In this document: positions 1-9,560 of the stretch, in pieces | Layout of the letters: every line of letters begins with the position of its first letter | Numbering within the stretch: position 1 is the stretch's first letter | NCBI GenBank assembly: GCA_963819655.1 | Contig: CAWFXA010000003.1 | Coordinates: 288,001 to 352,000, forward strand | From: an uncultured Chloroflexia bacterium | GTDB taxonomy: Bacteria; Chloroflexota; Limnocylindria; Limnocylindrales; CSP1-4 | Length of the DNA stretch: 64,000 nucleotides | Reading direction: 5' to 3' | The notes under the pieces: generated by a model | Databases searched by the model: none | What the model was told of the DNA's origin: nothing | Seen by the model: only the letters and a program-made list of their open reading frames with translations | Translations under genes and position numbers: made by a program

Positions 1-1040
1 CCGGTCAGCACGGTCGGCGGATAGTACGCACCGTCCCGAGAGCCGCCGGTGACCACGGTCGCGCCCTGCGCCACCGCCCGATCGACCTGGTCCTCCAACC
101 GGGTCGCCGCCTCCACCGACGACAGCGGCCCGAGCACCGTGTCCTCGACCAGCGGGTCACCCATCCGTGCCGCCGCCATTGCTGCGGTGAACCCGGTCAG
201 GAACGGCTCGTACAACCCGTCCACCACGATGAATCGCTTGGCGGCATTGCAGGACTGGCCGGCGCTGTCCAGGCGGGCCGCGGTCGCCGCCGCCACCACT
301 GCATCGAGATCGTCGGTGGCCAGCACCAGGAACGGATCCGAACCGCCGAGCTCCAGGGCCACCTTCTTCAGGTGCCGCCCAGCCACCTCCGCAACGGCTG
401 CTCCGGCCCGCTCCGAGCCGGTCACCGAGACGCCCTGGATCCGCGGATCCGCGACGATGGTCGCGGCCTGCTCGGCGCTGACATAGACGTTGACGTAGGC
501 GCCGTCCGGTAGCCCGGCATCGTGATAGATCGCCGCGATGGCCGCGGCCGATTCCGGGCATTGCGACGCGTGCTTCAGAACGATGACATTGCCGAGGACC
601 AGGTTCGGCGCCGCGAACCGGGCCACCTGGTAGTAGGGAAAGTTCCAGGGCATGATCCCGAAAAGCACACCCAGCGGGCTGCGCCGGATCACGGCCGTGC
701 CCTGGCCAAGGATGGTGAGCGGCTGATCGGCGGTGATGACGTCCGCCTGATCCGCGTAGTACTCGGTGATGTCGGCGGCGAAGTCGACCTCGCCGAGGGC
801 GAGATCCTTCACCTTGCCCATCTCCCGGACGATGATGGCGGCCAGTTCCTCCCGACGTTCCCGATGCAGCTCGGCGGCCCGGCGGACCATGCCGGCCCGC
901 TCGGCGACCGGGAGCTTCCGCCAGACCTCGAACCCCACCGCGGCCGTGCGGAGTGCCTCCTCGACCTGGGCGTCGGTGAAGGTCTCATAGCGGGCCACGG
1001 TCTCCCCGGTGGCCGGATTCACGACGGCGTACTCGGTCAT
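1..1040 (-). CDS. NAD(P)-dependent succinate-semialdehyde dehydrogenase (aldehyde dehydrogenase family), 3' end outside window
   Basis: Manual translation from ATG at 1040 (MTEYAVVNPATGE): GIMPWNFPYYQ, LKHASQCP, VTGSERAG, LELGGSDP. SD-like GAGGAAGGGG upstream. Missing from the ORF track because the stop is outside the window. Confidence 0.9.
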   Translation of the reverse strand, partial: MTEYAVVNPATGETVARYETFTDAQVEEALRTAAVGFEVWRKLPVAERAGMVRRAAELHRERREELAAIIVREMGKVKDLALGEVDFAADITEYYADQADVITADQPLTILGQGTAVIRRSPLGVLFGIMPWNFPYYQVARFAAPNLVLGNVIVLKHASQCPESAAAIAAIYHDAGLPDGAYVNVYVSAEQAATIVADPRIQGVSVTGSERAGAAVAEVAGRHLKKVALELGGSDPFLVLATDDLDAVVAAATAARLDSAGQSCNAAKRFIVVDGLYEPFLTGFTAAMAAARMGDPLVEDTVLGPLSSVEAATRLEDQVDRAVAQGATVVTGGSRDGAYYPPTVLT

Positions 1041-1212
1041 GATTTCCCCTTCCTCAGTCGATCATGGAGCTCCACCCCATCCGCCCGGCGCAGGCTCGGC
1101 GGCGCGACGACGACGGACTTCACGAGCTCGACGTGACTGTAATGCGGGCCACGGCCCCGCGTTCGTGCCGACCCACGCGACGCCACGCTGGGCCCAGCGG
1201 CCGCGCGCGACG

Positions 1213-1818
1213 CTAGCTATCGAAGGGCGCCTGCGCGATCTCCTCGAGCATCCCCGTGGCGGCCATCTCCGCAGCCGGGCAGGTCGGCTTGCGCGACGCC
1301 TGGTCGACGAAGAGCGTGGTGAACTCCCGTTTGAAGTCGAGCCGCGGATACGCGGCAAGCAATCCCGGGATGATCGCCGGCCGAACGTCGGTGAAGCGGT
1401 AGCCGGTAACGTCGGTGCCGGTCGAGTCCCAGAGCAGCACGACCTCGGAGGCGGGATCGGGCGGCAGGGTCTCGAGATTGTGCAGCGCGATCACGTCGTA
1501 GATCCCTCGGGCGCGCGCCTCCGGTTCCCCGGCCTCGCCCACGAGCCGCTCGGCCGCGATCGCGCCGTCGACCTCGTAGCAGCCGCCGAGGTCGTACGCC
1601 GGAACCAGGCCGATGTCGTGGAGGATCGCGGACACGTACAGGATCTCGGGATCGAACTGGAGCCGATCGTGCCGCGCCAGCTCGACGGCCCAGGCATAGC
1701 TCCGGACCGAATGGTTCACGAGGAACGGCGCCGCGACGTCCGCGATGAGCTCGCGGGCTCGCCGCGCCAGCGCGGAATCCGGCACGGGCATCCCGAGCCC
1801 GGTGAGTGCCTCGTCCAT
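1213..1818 (-). CDS. HD-domain metal-dependent hydrolase (cyanamide hydratase-like)
   Basis: NHSVRSY, ILHDIG, YEVDGA and IALH motifs; start MDEALTG just after the rarA stop. Confidence 0.8.
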   Translation of the reverse strand: MDEALTGLGMPVPDSALARRARELIADVAAPFLVNHSVRSYAWAVELARHDRLQFDPEILYVSAILHDIGLVPAYDLGGCYEVDGAIAAERLVGEAGEPEARARGIYDVIALHNLETLPPDPASEVVLLWDSTGTDVTGYRFTDVRPAIIPGLLAAYPRLDFKREFTTLFVDQASRKPTCPAAEMAATGMLEEIAQAPFDS

Positions 1819-1828
1819 CAGTCGCGTG

Positions 1829-3328
1829 TCACGTCCCGTCGGACGCGTCCTTCTTCTGCGTGTCGGCGATCCGCTTGCGGTTCTCCTCGCGCGGACGCAA
1901 CCCATCGCTCATCGACGCCATCGGCATGTCCGTTCGCTGCTTCCGTCGAGGGCGCTCCTTGCGGGCCTCCGCGCGTGCGGCCATCCGCGCCGCGATGGTC
2001 GCCTCGTAGCCCTGATCGCCGGGGACGTAGTAGCGACGACCAACCAGCTCGTCGGGGAGGTACTGCTGGTCGATGTCGTCACCCTCGACGTCGTGGGGGA
2101 ACTTGTAGCCGACACCGATGCCGTGCGCCTTCATCCGACGATCACCCGCCGAGCGGAGGTGGTTCGGGACGGGGAGCGACCCGTGTTTGAGGACGTCCGC
2201 CATCGCCGCGCCGTACGCGCGACCGATCGAGTCGGACTTGGGAGACGACGAAATATGGACCGTCGCCTGCGCGAGTGCGAACTGCGCCTCCGGCAGCCCG
2301 ACGTGGTCGAGCGCCTGGGCCGCCGCGACGGCGATCTGGAGTGCCCGCGGGTCGGCGTTGCCCACGTCTTCCGACGCGCTGATGATCAGCCGGCGCACGA
2401 TGAACCGCGGATCCTCGCCGGCGGCGACCATCGACGCGAGCCAGTACAGCGCTGCGTCCGGGTCGTTGCCGCGCAGGCTCTTGATGAACGCCGACACCGT
2501 GTCGTAGTGCCCGTCGCCCGCCCGGTCGTAGGCAAGGACCCGCTGCTGGGCGGCCGCCTCGACGTCCTCGAGCCGCGGCGCGACCTTGCCGTCGGCGTCG
2601 CGGATCCCCTCCGCTTCTGCGAGCGCGACCGCGCCTTCGAGGACATTGAGGGCCGCGCGCGCGTCACCGCCGGCCAGCCCCACGAGGTGGTCGAACGCGT
2701 CGTTCGCGAGGGCGACCCCGCCATCCGGCCCGAGCGCGCCCGCCAGCCCGCGCTCCTCGTCCTCGAGCGCCCGCCGGACGACGGTGGCGACGTCGTCGTC
2801 ACTGAGCGGCTCCAGGCGCCAGACGCGCATGCGCGACAGGAGCGCCGAGTTGACCTCGAAGTACGGGTTCTCTGTTGTCGTACCCGTCAAGGTGATCGTC
2901 CCGTCCTCGACGTAGGGGAGGAGGGCGTCCTGTTGGGCCTTGTTGAAGCGGTGGATCTCGTCGATGAACAGGACGGTCCGCGTGCCGTTCAGGGCGAGCC
3001 GTTCCTGGGCCTGCGCGACGGCGCCGCGGACCTCTGCGACGCCGGACGAAACGGCGGAGATGGCGATCATCTCGGCACCGATCGCATCCGCCAGCAGGCG
3101 CGCGAGAGTCGTCTTGCCGGTCCCGGGCGGACCCCACAGGACGATCGAGGCGAGATGCCCTCGCGACACCGCCCGGCGCAGCGGTCCGCGTTCGCCGACG
3201 AGGTGGTCCTGCCCGACGAACTCATCGAGGGACCGTGGCCGCATGCGAGCAGCCAGGGGTTGGGCTCCGGGCGGCGGCTGGAACAGGGGCTCGGGCTTGG
3301 CGCCCTTCACTCGCGATGGGCCGGGCAT
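1829..3328 (-). CDS. rarA: Replication-associated recombination protein A (MgsA/RarA AAA+ ATPase)
   Basis: PLAARMRP, GPPGTGKTT, FIDEIHRFNKAQQD, TTENPYFEVN, SAFIKSLRG, SEDVGNAD. Confidence 0.95.
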   Translation of the reverse strand: MPGPSRVKGAKPEPLFQPPPGAQPLAARMRPRSLDEFVGQDHLVGERGPLRRAVSRGHLASIVLWGPPGTGKTTLARLLADAIGAEMIAISAVSSGVAEVRGAVAQAQERLALNGTRTVLFIDEIHRFNKAQQDALLPYVEDGTITLTGTTTENPYFEVNSALLSRMRVWRLEPLSDDDVATVVRRALEDEERGLAGALGPDGGVALANDAFDHLVGLAGGDARAALNVLEGAVALAEAEGIRDADGKVAPRLEDVEAAAQQRVLAYDRAGDGHYDTVSAFIKSLRGNDPDAALYWLASMVAAGEDPRFIVRRLIISASEDVGNADPRALQIAVAAAQALDHVGLPEAQFALAQATVHISSSPKSDSIGRAYGAAMADVLKHGSLPVPNHLRSAGDRRMKAHGIGVGYKFPHDVEGDDIDQQYLPDELVGRRYYVPGDQGYEATIAARMAARAEARKERPRRKQRTDMPMASMSDGLRPREENRKRIADTQKKDASDGT

Positions 3329-3402
3329 CGTCTCAGTTTACGGGGCATCCCCGGTCGGACAGCTTGCGCAGCGGACCGGCTGGGCGATTCCGTGTCAGCC
3401 GG

Positions 3403-3810
3403 TCAGAACGGGGTGAGGTTCGTGACCTGGGTGACAGCCCACAGGCCGATCAGCAGCGCGATCAGCGAGCCGCCGATCGTCACGAGCCGACGGATGTCGC
3501 GGCTGACGTACGCGTATTCCTCCTGGCCTCGGACGGCGATCGATCCGGGACGCACCCGCGCGACACTCTCCTCGTCGCGCCGACCTCGCTCGCGCCCACG
3601 GCTGGCCATCGACTCCGTTTCGCGCTCGGTGGCGACGATCTGCGCCTCGAGCTCGGCCGCGCGGGCTTCCTCGGCCGGGGTCAGCGACGTCGACGGAGCC
3701 TGAGCCGGAACCACAGGCTGGCTGTCGACCCGTCCCCGCGGTGAGCCGCTGCGCTGCAGGCGCGGTCGCTGGCCGGGTCGCGTGGAGCTTCCCCGTACGC
3801 GCTTGGCCAT
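3403..3810 (-). CDS. Hypothetical protein with basic N-terminus and C-terminal transmembrane helix
   Basis: MAKRVRG...EEYAYVSRDIRRLVTIGGSLIALLIGLWAV; coding-like composition. Confidence 0.65.
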   Translation of the reverse strand: MAKRVRGSSTRPGQRPRLQRSGSPRGRVDSQPVVPAQAPSTSLTPAEEARAAELEAQIVATERETESMASRGRERGRRDEESVARVRPGSIAVRGQEEYAYVSRDIRRLVTIGGSLIALLIGLWAVTQVTNLTPF

Positions 3811-3988
3811 GGCTTCGGACGGCCTCCAGGTCGTGGATGTGGTCGGGCGGGCTCGCGAAGTCTGACGGGCGGCCTGCCAGCGGGAGAGGATAGCACCGCG
3901 GCGTCGGCCGGCCATCCGCCGGTACGTGCCGGGCAAGGGGCGGCTGCTAGACTCGCGCCGACCCCCGCCGGAGGAACCTCCCATCGAC

Positions 3989-4471
3989 TTGAGCGCGACC
4001 ATCGCCGCGAATCTGGGACCCATCGTGGTCGCCCTGACCGTGCTCGTCCTGGTCCTGCTGCTGGTGGTCGCGTGGCTCGGACGGCGTGTGGTCCGTGTCG
4101 AGGCGCGCGTCCGCGGCCTGACGCGCGGGGAGGACGGCGATCTCGGCGACGTGCTCGGCGCACACCTCGAGCGGGTGTACGAGCTCGGCCGGGAGGTCGA
4201 CCGGTTGGTCGCCCGGACCGGTCGTCTCGAAGAGAGCTCGCCGCGCGCTTTCCAGCGCGTCGGGCTCGTCCGGTTCAATCCGTTCGAGGACACCGGCGGG
4301 AACCAGAGCTTCGCGCTGGCGCTGCTCGATGCGGACGGCAACGGCTGGGTGCTGTCGAGCCTCCACGCTCGGACCGGCACGCGCATCTATGCCAAGGCGA
4401 TCCATGGCGGCCGATCGGACGGAGCGCTGTCCGAAGAGGAGACGACCGCGATCAAGCAGGCGACGGCCTGA
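3989..4471 (+). CDS. DUF4446 family membrane-anchored protein
   Basis: N-terminal TM helix; VGLVRFNPFEDTGGNQSFALALLD...SSLHAR...YAK...LSEEE signature. Start codon uncertain. Confidence 0.85.
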   Translation: MSATIAANLGPIVVALTVLVLVLLLVVAWLGRRVVRVEARVRGLTRGEDGDLGDVLGAHLERVYELGREVDRLVARTGRLEESSPRAFQRVGLVRFNPFEDTGGNQSFALALLDADGNGWVLSSLHARTGTRIYAKAIHGGRSDGALSEEETTAIKQATA

Positions 4472-4508
4472 CAGCCTAGGTGTCACGACGGTCGACGATG
4501 GTGTGCAC

Positions 4509-7500
4509 ATGGCCCCCATCGTCGACCAGCCCACGGCCCCGTCGGCCGCCCGCACCGTGACCCGTCCGACTGTCCGTGCCCGGCGGCGCGGCCCCGTCCC
4601 CCTCGAACAGATCCCGGCCTGGGGCGACCTCGTGCCGGTCATGGATCCCGCGCTCGTCGATAGCCGCCCGCCGGACGGGATGGACGCGCTGCTCGGCGGC
4701 CTCGATCCGGACCAGCTCCGCGCGGTGACCCACGGGGAGGGGCCGCTGCTCGTCGTCGCGGGGGCGGGCACCGGCAAGACCCAGGTGATCACCCGGCGGA
4801 TCGCGTGGCTGATCGCGACGAAGCGCGCCAAGCCGTCCGAGATCCTGGCACTCACCTTCACCGACAAGGCCGCCGACGAGATGGCGGTGCGGGTCGACCA
4901 GCTCGTCCCGTACGGCTACACGGACAGCACGATCGCGACGTTCCATGCCTTCGGCGACCGGTTGATCCGCGAGCACGCGCTGGAGCTCGGCCTCCCCCCG
5001 GACGTCCGTGTGCTATCGCGCGCCGAGGCGGTCATCTTCCTGCGGGAGCACCTCTTCGCGTTCGATCTCGACGCCTATCGGCCGCTCGGCGATCCGACGC
5101 GCTTCCTGTCCGCGCTCGTCACGCTGTTCAGTCGCTGCAAGGACGAGGACATCACCCCGGCGACGTACGTGGCCCACGCCGAGCGCATCACCGCCGAGGC
5201 GACGGCCCTCGCCGCAGCGGCCGCCGACCGGGGCGCTGAGGCCGCCGCTGCGGCCGCCCGCGCCGAGGAAGGCCGTCACCAGGAGGAGCTCGCCCGCGCG
5301 TACGCGCGCTACCAGCAGCTGCTCGGCGAGAACGGGTTCATCGACTTCGGCGACCAGGTGGCGCTGGCCCTCCGGCTCGTGCGCGGCTCCGCGGCCGCTC
5401 GGCAGGCCATCGCCGAGCGTTTCCGGTACCTGCTGGTCGACGAGTTCCAGGACACGAACCGCGCCCAGGCGGAGCTCGTCGGGCTGCTGGCCGAGCCGCA
5501 CCGGAACGTGACTGTCGTGGGCGACGACGACCAGGCGATCTACGCATTCCGTGGTGCCGCGATCGACAACATCCTCGACTTCGAGGCGCGCTACCCGGGC
5601 GCCCGGACCGTGGTCCTGCGCCGCAACTACCGCTCGCTCCGCCCGATCCTCGACGCGTCGTACCGGCTCGTGCGTTTCAACGACCCGGACCGGCTCGAGG
5701 CGCGGACGGGCCTCGTCAAGCGGCTCCGGGCACAGCGACGCGAACCTGCCCCGCCGCCGGTCCGTCTCGAGGCCTTCGCGACCGGATCCGAGGAAGCGGA
5801 CTGGATCGCGGCCGACATCGCGCGCCGGATCGCCGGCGGCGCCGACCCGCGTGACCACGCCGTGCTCGTCCGTGCGAACGGCCACGCGGACGCCATCCTG
5901 CGCGCCCTGAACGTCGCCGGCGTGCCGTGGCGGTTCTCCGGGTCGTCCGGGCTGTACGCCAGACCCGAGGTGCGCCTCCTGATGGCGTTCCTGCGCGTTA
6001 TCGCAGACCCGGATTCGAGCGTCGACCTCTACGCGCTCGCCTCGTCCGAGGTGTACGGGCTCGGCGGCGACGACCTGACCTCGATCGTCAACACGGCCCG
6101 CCGGCGCAATCGGCCGGTGATGGAGATCATGGACGAGCTCGAGCGGCAGCCCGGCATCCTGCGGCTGGCACCGACGACGCGGTCGGCCGTCCATCGCCTG
6201 GTCGGCGACGTGAACCGGTTCGCGGCGATGGCGCACGAGCGACCGGCCGGCGAGGTGCTCTACGCGTTCCTGCGCGACAGCGGTCTGCTGGCACGGCTGG
6301 CGGCGACCGCGTCCGCCGCGGCGGACGAGGGGCTCGGCAACATCGCCCGTTTCTTCGACCTCATCCGCGCCCAGTCCGTGCTCCTGGCGGACGACCGCGC
6401 GATGTTCGTGGCCCAGCACCTGCAGACGCTGATCGAAGCCGGCGACGATCCGGCCACGGCCGACCTCGACCCGGATGCCGATGCGGTGGCCGTGCTCACG
6501 GTCCACAAGGCCAAGGGCCTGGAGTTCCCAGTCGTGTACCTGCCGGGCCTCGTCGCCGGGCGCTTCCCGGGTAACGGTCGGGGCGACCCCCTGGCACTGC
6601 CGGCCGGCCTCGGCCGGGGAGAGCCGATGACGCCGGAACGTGGTCTGGCGGAGGAGCGCCGCCTCTGCTACGTCGCGATGACCCGGGCACGCGACGAGCT
6701 GGTGTTGACCCATGCGGCCGACTACGGCGGCGCACGGGCGAGACGGATCTCGCCGTTCGTCCTGGAAGCGTTGGACCTGCCCGTGTCTGCCGGGACGCCA
6801 GGCGTCGGGGTCGTGCCACCGTCCGCAGAGGAGCGCCTGGCCGGGTTCGCGGGGGTCGATGCGCCGGCCGTGCCGCAACGCCGTGAGGGGCACGAGCCCC
6901 TGATGCTGAGCTTCGGGCAGGTCGACGCCTACCTGACCTGTCCGCTCCGCTACAAGTACGCCCACGTGCTGCGGGTCCCGATCGCGCCGCATCACGCTCT
7001 CGTTTACGGTGCTGCGCTGCACAAGGCCGTCCAGCTCTTCCATCACCGGCATGCGCGTGGCCACGTGATGACCGAGGCGGAGCTTGACGAGGTGCTGGCC
7101 TCGGCGTGGACGAACGAGGGGTTCGTCAGCCGGGAGCACGAGGAGGCTCGGTTCGAGGCGGCGAAGTCGGCCCTGCACCGGTTCCGCGAGGAGCAGCTCG
7201 TGCCTGACGCGATCGTGCCGACGTACGTCGAGCGCGAGTTCGCGTTCGACCTCGACGGCGACCGCATCCGCGGCCGCTGGGACCGCGTCGACATCCAGCC
7301 AGTGGCCGCCGCCGACACCCCCGCGGCCCCCGCCGCCGCGGCCCCGGAGCACCCGTCCGCGGACGTCGTGACGCCGACGCTCGGGATCATGGGCCGGGAG
7401 CACGTGACGATCACCGACTACAAGTCGTCGGACGTGCGCGATCCGGCGAAGGCGCGCCAGCGGGCGCGCGAATCCCTGCAGCTCCAGATCTACGCCATGG

Positions 7501-7736
7501 GGTACGAGGCGATGACGGGCCGGCTGCCCGACCAGGTCGCGTTGCACTTCCTGGACTCGGGGCTGGTCGGTCGGGTCGATGTGGATCCCCGACGGATCGC
7601 CAAGGCACGCGGCCAGATCGCGACCGCGGCGGCAGGCATCCGCGCCGGCCAGTTCGATGCCACGCCGGACCCGATGGCGTGCTCGTGGTGCCCGTTCCGC
7701 GACATCTGCCCGTCGAGCGCCGCCACGACCCGCTGA
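4509..7736 (+). CDS. UvrD/PcrA-like SF1 helicase fused to C-terminal PD-(D/E)XK nuclease with four Cys (AddAB/AdnAB-like)
   Basis: AGAGTGKT, VDEFQDTN, GDDDQAIYAFRGA, NYRS, TVHKAKGLEF, EERRLCYVAMTRA; then TCPLRY, GRWDRVD, DYKS, QLQIY, CSWCPFRDIC. Start uncertain. Confidence 0.9.
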   Translation: MAPIVDQPTAPSAARTVTRPTVRARRRGPVPLEQIPAWGDLVPVMDPALVDSRPPDGMDALLGGLDPDQLRAVTHGEGPLLVVAGAGTGKTQVITRRIAWLIATKRAKPSEILALTFTDKAADEMAVRVDQLVPYGYTDSTIATFHAFGDRLIREHALELGLPPDVRVLSRAEAVIFLREHLFAFDLDAYRPLGDPTRFLSALVTLFSRCKDEDITPATYVAHAERITAEATALAAAAADRGAEAAAAAARAEEGRHQEELARAYARYQQLLGENGFIDFGDQVALALRLVRGSAAARQAIAERFRYLLVDEFQDTNRAQAELVGLLAEPHRNVTVVGDDDQAIYAFRGAAIDNILDFEARYPGARTVVLRRNYRSLRPILDASYRLVRFNDPDRLEARTGLVKRLRAQRREPAPPPVRLEAFATGSEEADWIAADIARRIAGGADPRDHAVLVRANGHADAILRALNVAGVPWRFSGSSGLYARPEVRLLMAFLRVIADPDSSVDLYALASSEVYGLGGDDLTSIVNTARRRNRPVMEIMDELERQPGILRLAPTTRSAVHRLVGDVNRFAAMAHERPAGEVLYAFLRDSGLLARLAATASAAADEGLGNIARFFDLIRAQSVLLADDRAMFVAQHLQTLIEAGDDPATADLDPDADAVAVLTVHKAKGLEFPVVYLPGLVAGRFPGNGRGDPLALPAGLGRGEPMTPERGLAEERRLCYVAMTRARDELVLTHAADYGGARARRISPFVLEALDLPVSAGTPGVGVVPPSAEERLAGFAGVDAPAVPQRREGHEPLMLSFGQVDAYLTCPLRYKYAHVLRVPIAPHHALVYGAALHKAVQLFHHRHARGHVMTEAELDEVLASAWTNEGFVSREHEEARFEAAKSALHRFREEQLVPDAIVPTYVEREFAFDLDGDRIRGRWDRVDIQPVAAADTPAAPAAAAPEHPSADVVTPTLGIMGREHVTITDYKSSDVRDPAKARQRARESLQLQIYAMGYEAMTGRLPDQVALHFLDSGLVGRVDVDPRRIAKARGQIATAAAGIRAGQFDATPDPMACSWCPFRDICPSSAATTR

Positions 7737-7766
7737 CAGGCAACCCTGGCCCTAGACTCGGGGCGC

Positions 7767-8141
7767 ATGGAAGCGCGCGATCGGCTCCTCAGCCTGGCGA
7801 CCTTCGCGGCCGCCGTGGTCGTGTGGGTGCTGGTCGCGCTGATCGTCACGACCCGGGATCCCGTGGCGGAGCCGCTGGCCGGGTTCATCGGCGCGGCGCT
7901 CATCGGTCTCGCGGTGGGCCTGACCGCGACGCCGATCGCCTGGTTGCTGGTCTTCGCTCGCCACCGGCGGATCGCCTATCGCGGGGACTGGATCCGTGCC
8001 GCCCGGCGGGGCGGCTGGGTCGGGCTCATCGTCGCGGTCTTCATCGTGCTGCGGCTGCAGGGAGCGCTCGAGCTTCCGATCGCGCTGTTCATCCTGGCGC
8101 TCGCGGCGGTGGCGGAGGCGACGCTCTCGGCGGAACGCTGA
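7767..8141 (+). CDS. Small four-TM membrane protein, hypothetical
   Basis: Four hydrophobic stretches in 124 aa. Confidence 0.7.
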   Translation: MEARDRLLSLATFAAAVVVWVLVALIVTTRDPVAEPLAGFIGAALIGLAVGLTATPIAWLLVFARHRRIAYRGDWIRAARRGGWVGLIVAVFIVLRLQGALELPIALFILALAAVAEATLSAER

Positions 8142-8219
8142 GCACGGTCCGTCCCGCGGCTCTACCATCCGCCGCGGACCCGCCCAGAAGGTCCGATCCA
8201 TGCCAGCTCTGGAGGATCC

Positions 8220-9422
8220 GTGCCGCAACGTACCGCCATCCGCCCCGCCGAACCGTTCACCGACGTCAAGGGTCGCGTCGCCGCCGCCGTCGAGGCGGCC
8301 CGCGACGAGATCATCGACCTGTCACATCGGATCCATGCGAATCCCGAGCCCGCGTTCGAGGAGATCCAGGCCGCGACGTGGGTCGCCGAGGCACTGCGGG
8401 CCCACGGGTTCACGGTCGAACACCCGGCGGGCAGCCTCGCCACGGCGATCCGTGCCGTGCGCCGCGGCGGTCATGGGGGCGACGGTCCTCGGATCGGGAT
8501 CCTCGCCGAGTACGACGCACTGCCCGGTCTCGGCCATGGCTGCGGCCACAACACGATGGCGGCTTCGGGCGTCGGGGCTGCCATCGCCCTGGCGGCCATC
8601 GCCGACGAGCTCCCGGGCGAGATCGTGTTCCTCGGCACGCCCGCTGAGGAGCGGGGGAGTGGCAAGCAGATCATGATCGACGACGGGCTGTTCGCCGGGA
8701 TCGACGCCGCTCTGCTCTACCACCCGTGCGACCGGAGTCACGTCGAGAGCCATCCGCTCGCCTCGGAAGATGTCGACGTTGCTTTCACGGGGCTGCAGGC
8801 CCACGCCGCCTCCGATCCATGGAAGGGCAAGAACGCGCTCGACGCGATGATCCAGCTGTTCTCGTCGGTCGGGCTGTGGCGGCAGCAGCTTCGACCGACG
8901 GCACGCGTTCACGGGATCATCCGCGAAGGCGGCACGGCCGCGAACATCATCCCGGACCGCACGTCGGCGTGGTTCATGCTCCGCAGCGACGACCAGGACT
9001 CCTATGAGCAGATGAAGGCGCAGTTCAGCAGGATGGCGGAGGCGGCTGCCCTCGCGACCGGGACGACCGTCGAGGTGACGTACTCAGGCGGCGCCACGAC
9101 CATGCGCAACAACCTGGCTTTGGCCGAGCGCTTCCGGGCCAACATGGCCGCGTACGGCATCGAGGACATGGGCGACGACCCGAACGCGGGCAGCACCGAC
9201 ATGGCCAACGTCAGCTGGGTCTGCCCCGCGATCCACCCGGACCTCGCCATCTGCGACGAGGGTGTCGCGGGCCATTCGACGGCGTTCCGCGATGCGGCCG
9301 CGACGCCGCGCGCCGACGAGACGACGCTCATGGCGGCCACGCTGATCGCGCAGACGGCCGTCGACCTGTACCTCGACCCGGCGCTGGTCGAGGCCGCATG
9401 GAAGGAGTTCCGGGCCGGTTGA
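8220..9422 (+). CDS. M20 family amidohydrolase (ACY1L2/AbgB-like)
   Basis: HANPEPAFEE, EYDALPGLGHGCGHN, GTPAEE, GSTDMANVS. Confidence 0.9.
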   Translation: MPQRTAIRPAEPFTDVKGRVAAAVEAARDEIIDLSHRIHANPEPAFEEIQAATWVAEALRAHGFTVEHPAGSLATAIRAVRRGGHGGDGPRIGILAEYDALPGLGHGCGHNTMAASGVGAAIALAAIADELPGEIVFLGTPAEERGSGKQIMIDDGLFAGIDAALLYHPCDRSHVESHPLASEDVDVAFTGLQAHAASDPWKGKNALDAMIQLFSSVGLWRQQLRPTARVHGIIREGGTAANIIPDRTSAWFMLRSDDQDSYEQMKAQFSRMAEAAALATGTTVEVTYSGGATTMRNNLALAERFRANMAAYGIEDMGDDPNAGSTDMANVSWVCPAIHPDLAICDEGVAGHSTAFRDAAATPRADETTLMAATLIAQTAVDLYLDPALVEAAWKEFRAG

Positions 9423-9497
9423 GCAGGGGCCGGGGTGTACCATCGCCCCGGCGCGCCCCGCTGGACGCCGGATCGCGAACCGGCGGCGCCCCGGATC

Positions 9498-9560
9498 GAG
9501 ACGGATTCCCGCACGTGGCCGGGAACACCCGGCCACCTCCGTCTCCGGAGGATCACGTGG
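9498..9560 (+). promoter_or_regulatory. Structured 5' leader with alternative SD-sequestering hairpin upstream of agmatinase
   Basis: GAGACGGA (9498-9505) pairs with TCCGTCTC (9538-9545), enclosing hairpin GTGGCCGGG-AACA-CCCGGCCAC. The alternative CCTCCG-TCTC-CGGAGG hides the SD. Confidence 0.45.

Noticed and set aside
3970-3991. ATC start for DUF4446 (better spaced from GGAGGA than the TTG)
   Set aside because: A usable in-frame TTG lies two codons later; the two cannot be distinguished from sequence alone.
5013-7547. Long antisense or alternate-frame ORFs (844 aa here; also 1745..3703, 42786..44495, and the N-terminal extensions of 50440..54462, 56168..58750 and 59472..62984)
   Set aside because: Shadow ORFs typical of high-GC DNA; they overlap genes with clear family motifs.
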